From contig NC_068985.1 of NCBI RefSeq assembly GCF_001194135.2, forward strand, positions 93,811,317 to 93,874,653: 63,337 nucleotides of DNA, in the 5' to 3' direction. Source of the DNA: Octopus bimaculoides (Eukaryota). A program made the position numbers and the translations under genes. The notes below the pieces were generated by a model. The model had not been told where the DNA came from. It made no database searches and worked only from the letters and a program-made list of their open reading frames with translations. Positions 59,031-63,337 of the stretch are shown here, in pieces (position 1 is the first letter of the stretch; each line of letters begins with the position of its first letter).

Positions 59031-59644
59031 CAGAAACAACGTCGACGACGAAACAACAATCGAGCAAAAGAAACATCTTTTCTCTTTGAATGTTTCGAAA
59101 AAAAGAACCAGATGGCAAAATTATGATTGAGATTTTCCGTTTGACGGTGGAGAAAGCTGTACAAATGCTTGCAGGCATTCACCAAAATCCTATACATGTG
59201 TGTATGCTTGTGTTTTTGCGCCTGTTGTATCTCAGAAAATGCAAACGCAGAAAGACATTGGACTGCAATCAATTTACTGTTTATATCTTTATGTCTTTTC
59301 TTAAAAACTCTTGCTAATGAATACTGACAGACTAATTTATTCATTAAGTGCACTACTGGAAATATTCTCTCAGGCACCTCTCCAAAGTAATTCAGTGTAT
59401 ATATAATAAGATATATAATATCTCAGCAACATTTATTATATAGTACTAAAGTTTCAGCTCTTATATTGATGGACGGTAGCTATTTGTCATATCTATAAAA
59501 ATGTAATATTTTTACCGCTAGAGAATATACAACGAAACTAGTTATATTGAAACTGTTACAAAACTTCGTTATTACCATAACAACTTCAAGTTTTGTGGCT
59601 TTCACAGTTATTTCTTTATATTGATGTATAATAAATAGCGTCTC

Positions 59645-59883
59645 ATGTCCTAGGACTCAATGGTCTAATTACCCGCTTTCCATGGCATACAAGTGACCGG
59701 AACAACAACGGGACGTCTGGCCATCGCAGGGTTACTCATTTGTAGCCGAATAGACGGAAAAAAGGTGTAATGAAGTTTCTTGCTACAAACCCAAAACGCA
59801 ACGCATCACCCGGTCCGCAAATGGAAACCACGATCTTACGCACGTGAGAACATCAGCGTAAACACAAGTCCACACACCTTCAC
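59645..59883 (-). mobile_element. SINE family E, near full length, diverged
   Basis: Reverse complement begins GTGAAGGTGTGTGGACTTGTGTTT..CGTAAGATCGTGGTTTCCATTTGCGGACCGGG (tRNA head related to family C). Body contains GAGTAACCCTGCGATGGCCAGACGTCCC. Confidence 0.75.
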
Positions 59884-59919
59884 ATATCGAAGTATGGACG
59901 TCTGAATAAGAGATGAGAG

Positions 59920-60050
59920 GTACGGCTATGACTCTAGGCATAAGAACGTGGTTCTGAGTTCGATCCTACTGCATGACAACTTGGGAAAGTATACCCTATC
60001 AAAATCTTTAGGCATGCTAATACCATGTGAGTGGGACATTTTAAGGGGCA
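59920..60050 (+). mobile_element. old SINE family A-like 5' part
   Basis: CGTGGTTCTGAGTTCGATCCTACTGCATGACAACTTGGGAAAGT..CCATGTGAGTGG. Confidence 0.6.
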
Positions 60051-60332
60051 ACTTATCAGGAACCAAGCATGGGCGCGTATATATTAGTATATATTAGAAG
60101 CAGGTAGATGCTTCTTAAGCATTATTTTCAAGTGCATGCTCTCATTGCTTTGGCGTTATCAGCAAAGCGTGGATCAGAACAGGTGTTGTTCTGAAAAATT
60201 TAAAGTCTTTCTCTAGATTCTATTAACTTTTGAAAATGAAGTGTATCTTAATAAACATTGAATTTCATTCAACGTATGTGTATGCACTTTCTGCTGTTAC
60301 CCTGTCTCTCTCTCTTTCTCTCTCTCTCTCTG

Positions 60333-60363
<31 letters not shown>

Positions 60364-60376
60364 GTATGAGTGTACG

Positions 60377-60431
<55 letters not shown>

Positions 60432-61067
60432 ATTATATTTACGCAGGATAGGCCCAACGACTAGAAAACTGAACAAAAATATCACGTGTCTTTAAGAACA
60501 AAAATACGCCATGTTATTTCTTTCGCTTCATTTGGCTCCCGCTTAGGATTTATGCTATTGGGAATGCATCGAAATGCGGTGAGAAACCTGCTGGAAACCT
60601 CTAATGACGAAACCATTTTATCTTAAAATGCATGCTGTACATATTAAAACTATGTAAATATAATTTGAACGTATTCGCTATTATCTTTCCAATATACTTA
60701 CTTTGAATACACTAAGTGTGCACTTATAATCAGACATTCAACTATGCTACTTTATAAAATTAAAATTCATTATTTTATCCTAATTAGAAATATTACGTTT
60801 CATTGCCCTTTTCGTACTTGATTCGAAATTAGTTTCACGGTTTATTTAAAATGCTTAATGTTTCTATATCTGCAAAGCATCATTAATGAGCATATATTTT
60901 CTTTCCATTCCCCTTTCAGATAAATTCTTTAATGTTTTTGGAAATTCATGCTTGATTCACTTTCTCATTTTGTTTAAATCTGAAAAGTTTGCAACAGTGA
61001 ACTGTTAAATATACTAAATAATGATGTTAAAAGAAATAACAAGTTAGGCACACTAAATTGAAGCTTA

Positions 61068-61171
61068 TATTTCTCTTCTAATGTAGGCACAAAGACCGAA
61101 ATTTTGAGGGAGGGGACTAATCGATTAGATCGACACCAGTACGCAATTGGTACTTAATCTATCGACCCCGA
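61068..61171 (-). mobile_element. SINE family B 3' half
   Basis: TAGGCACAAAGACCGAAATTTTGAGGGAGGGG..GATTAGATCGACACCAGTACGCAATTGGTACTT. Confidence 0.88.
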
Positions 61172-61297
61172 TAGAGTGTCATGTTCGTTGATGCTACCCT
61201 TGGCGGCGAACTAGTGCACCTCTTCAGAAAACCATAAAGTAAGGCTAATCTACGAATTAAAGTAGTGGAGAGGCCTGGTGTCCCTTTAAAATCCCCG
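61172..61297 (+). mobile_element. Penelope-like element ORF fragment (linker upstream of GIY-YIG)
   Basis: VMFVDATLGGELVHLFRKP*SKANLRIKVVERPGVPLKS matches the recalled PLE linker pattern (V/I)xFVxATPGxEL..IKVVE.xG.xLK. Confidence 0.6.
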
Positions 61298-61299
61298 AT

Positions 61300-61478
61300 A
61301 TATATATATATTTTCAATATATACAATGGGCTTCATTCAGTTTCCGTCTCCCAAATCCATTCATAAGTCGTGGGCCCGAGGCTATAGTCGAAGACATTTG
61401 CCCAACGTACCTCGCAGTGAGACTGAACCCGGAAACATGTGGTTGGGAAGCATGCTTCTTACCACGCAAATACGCCTC
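61300..61478 (-). mobile_element. SINE family A 5' half
   Basis: GGGCTTCATTCAGTTTCCGTC..CCCGAGGCTATAGT..CTGAACCCGGAAACATGTGGTTGG..CTTACCAC. Confidence 0.88.
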
Positions 61479-62475
61479 AACGAAAAAACTGTTCGCTGAC
61501 TCGTGCTAACATTTGCGACCCGATGATAAATACATCTATGCTCCGTGAACAGCCATAATCGTTTCGAATCTCACTGTTCACCATACATTGAACAATTTAT
61601 TAAGTAAATAGCGTCGAACATTGTTGACACAGGTGCATATAGACTGGATAATAAATCTAGTGTTTAAAATACTAGCCCTCTAGCGATGCCAGAAAATTCA
61701 CAATATTCAATATTTCAATAATTTTTTTCTTCACTCCTATTATTTCTATAAAAATTATTTCATGTCAATATGTCTTGCTTCTGCAGTTATGCTTTTGCGA
61801 TTTTGTTTTTAGAGGAAAATTATCGCTGAAAAACAAAACAAAAAATAATTATTATTAGCATTTCCAGTATTAATCACGTCAAGTTTCGAATATAATGGAC
61901 ATTTTGCTTTGCTGTGTTCAGCAAATTTTTTGTATTAATTATTTTTCTTTAAAAGACATTTTCCTGCCATATATTATAACACGATATTACAGATCATTAA
62001 AAATATAACAATATTGTATAATACATTAGCGAAGTATAATTTGATATGCCTAATACTGTTATAGTTATGTAAGTGGGGAAAATTAAAACTACGTTTTAAC
62101 AGCTATATTCTGCTGACTTTGATACATATATACATTTACACACAAACACTCACACACACACATATTAGATTGGTTATTCGATACAATAGAATCTGAGCAC
62201 GTCAACACGTAGGACACCAGAAATGGCTAGGTACAATAACATAGAGTTCACAGTGAGGTAACACAACAATGAAGGTATCTGGTGCTGGTAGGATATTGTT
62301 GCTTTGGATGTACCGAATCTGTAGAACCGGTGCAGGGTTGGTTCTAGGTGCCGCGTAGGTATGTAAAAGAATATAAATGAGATAATGACTTAATCGAATA
62401 CAAGCAACAATGATGGTTGGATTCTTTACGATTAAAGAATTATCTCACCTGTTCGATACATGTTTAAAATTTAGC

Positions 62476-62550
62476 CTGAAGATGGTGGATTTTATGTTAC
62501 GATGTAATCTATGAATAACTCAATAAAATTTAACCGAAACAACTATTGCA
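62476..62550 (+). ncRNA. hammerhead-like PLE terminal motif with long stem II
   Basis: CTGAAGA-T-GGTGGATTTTAT...ATAAAATTTAACC-GAAAC-AA-CTA-TTG-CA: ~12-bp stem II and 3-bp stem III; cleavage triplet GCA is non-canonical and stem I is not evident. Confidence 0.4.
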
Positions 62551-62921
62551 AGTTTAAAACAACATCTGTGTTCTGATATATATATATATATAAGAAATGA
62601 AAGACAAGATGGAATGTACGAGAATTTATCATTGATCACGACAATTATTTCGACACATCTAGCATCGATTCTTCATGGGTGGGACACTCAACAACTGGTT
62701 CAGGAGCATCCGGTGGTGTAGATGTATCTTGTCGGGAGATAAATAAATACAACTCGTTAAAGTAAATGTTCCACAATGCAACTTTCTGTTTTGTAGAGAG
62801 AAAAACAGCCAGACGGAGGGAAAATCTTCATATACATAGAAGATCAAAAATAAAATTGCAGAAGACAACAAGAGAAACGAACACGTAATCCAGCGAGAAA
62901 TGTATTGGAAATAACCGTTAA

Positions 62922-62976
62922 CCCATAACTTTTCTTTTATTAATTTTACCCCATAACTTTTCTTTTATTAATTTTT
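62922..62976 (+). repeat. 28-bp tandem duplication
   Basis: CCCATAACTTTTCTTTTATTAATTTT x2. Confidence 0.9.
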
Positions 62977-63089
62977 GTTCAATGCGACAAACGATTCTGA
63001 ATTCCGCATGCATTTTGCTATCATTTAAGCCTAAGAAAAGTATACTTTTATTTTAAAATTAAAAAGTTTATGTTAATTTAAGGCGAATA

Positions 63090-63212
63090 GGTGCCTTACT
63101 GCCCGGGGAGGTGTAAGTCGGATACATCGACCCCAGTGTTTAACTGATACTTAATTTATCGACTCCGAAAGGATGAAAATCAAAGTCGACTCGGTAGAAT
63201 TTCCAAACAGAA
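63090..63212 (-). mobile_element. SINE family B central fragment
   Basis: ACATCGACCCCAGTG..AACTGATACTTAATTTATCGACTCCGAAAGGATGAAAATCAAAGTCGAC. Confidence 0.85.
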
Positions 63213-63337
63213 CTCTCCAGTTACATCGCTTACAAATATTAATATTTAAATATCTAATGTTGAGAATGACTTTTAAGTATGATAAATTGAGTTGTTTCCC
63301 TTTCGGCAACTTTTAAATTCTTAGCTTCTTTTTTTTT

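Noticed and set aside
58859-59130. Poly-Pro/Thr or poly-Thr/Asn reading frames through the trinucleotide repeat
   Set aside because: All frames are closed by nearby stops; no start or splice context.

Overview
AT-rich, repeat-dominated eukaryotic DNA from a short-read draft assembly. It has 18 N-gaps totalling about 6.7 kb, each with a microsatellite on at least one side. The SINE families, microsatellite load and TE mix are consistent with an octopus genome (inference from recalled repeat sequences, not a database search). No host protein-coding gene, intact ORF, tRNA, rRNA or CRISPR array can be supported; nearly all long ORFs in the track are microsatellite or N read-throughs. The window is a TE graveyard. 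It holds four tRNA-headed SINE families (called A, B, C and E here; over 35 copies or fragments) and fragments of L1/Tx1, RTE, CR1, HERO (RLE-type) and Penelope-like (PLE) retroelements. DNA elements include five Tc1/mariner remnants, a Helitron helicase remnant, a complete non-autonomous Helitron, a piggyBac-like MITE and a fold-back MITE. The most interesting signals: (i) a family of short (TA)n-anchored repeats carrying type I hammerhead-ribozyme folds of the PLE/retrozyme kind; (ii) a tRNA-like Pol III module directly after a PLE GIY-YIG ORF, the whole piece sitting inside a HERO element between 150-bp duplications; (iii) two SINEs enclosed by one perfect 16-bp direct repeat; (iv) a template-switch-like inverted duplication between neighbouring SINEs. 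All family assignments come from manual translation and motif recognition.
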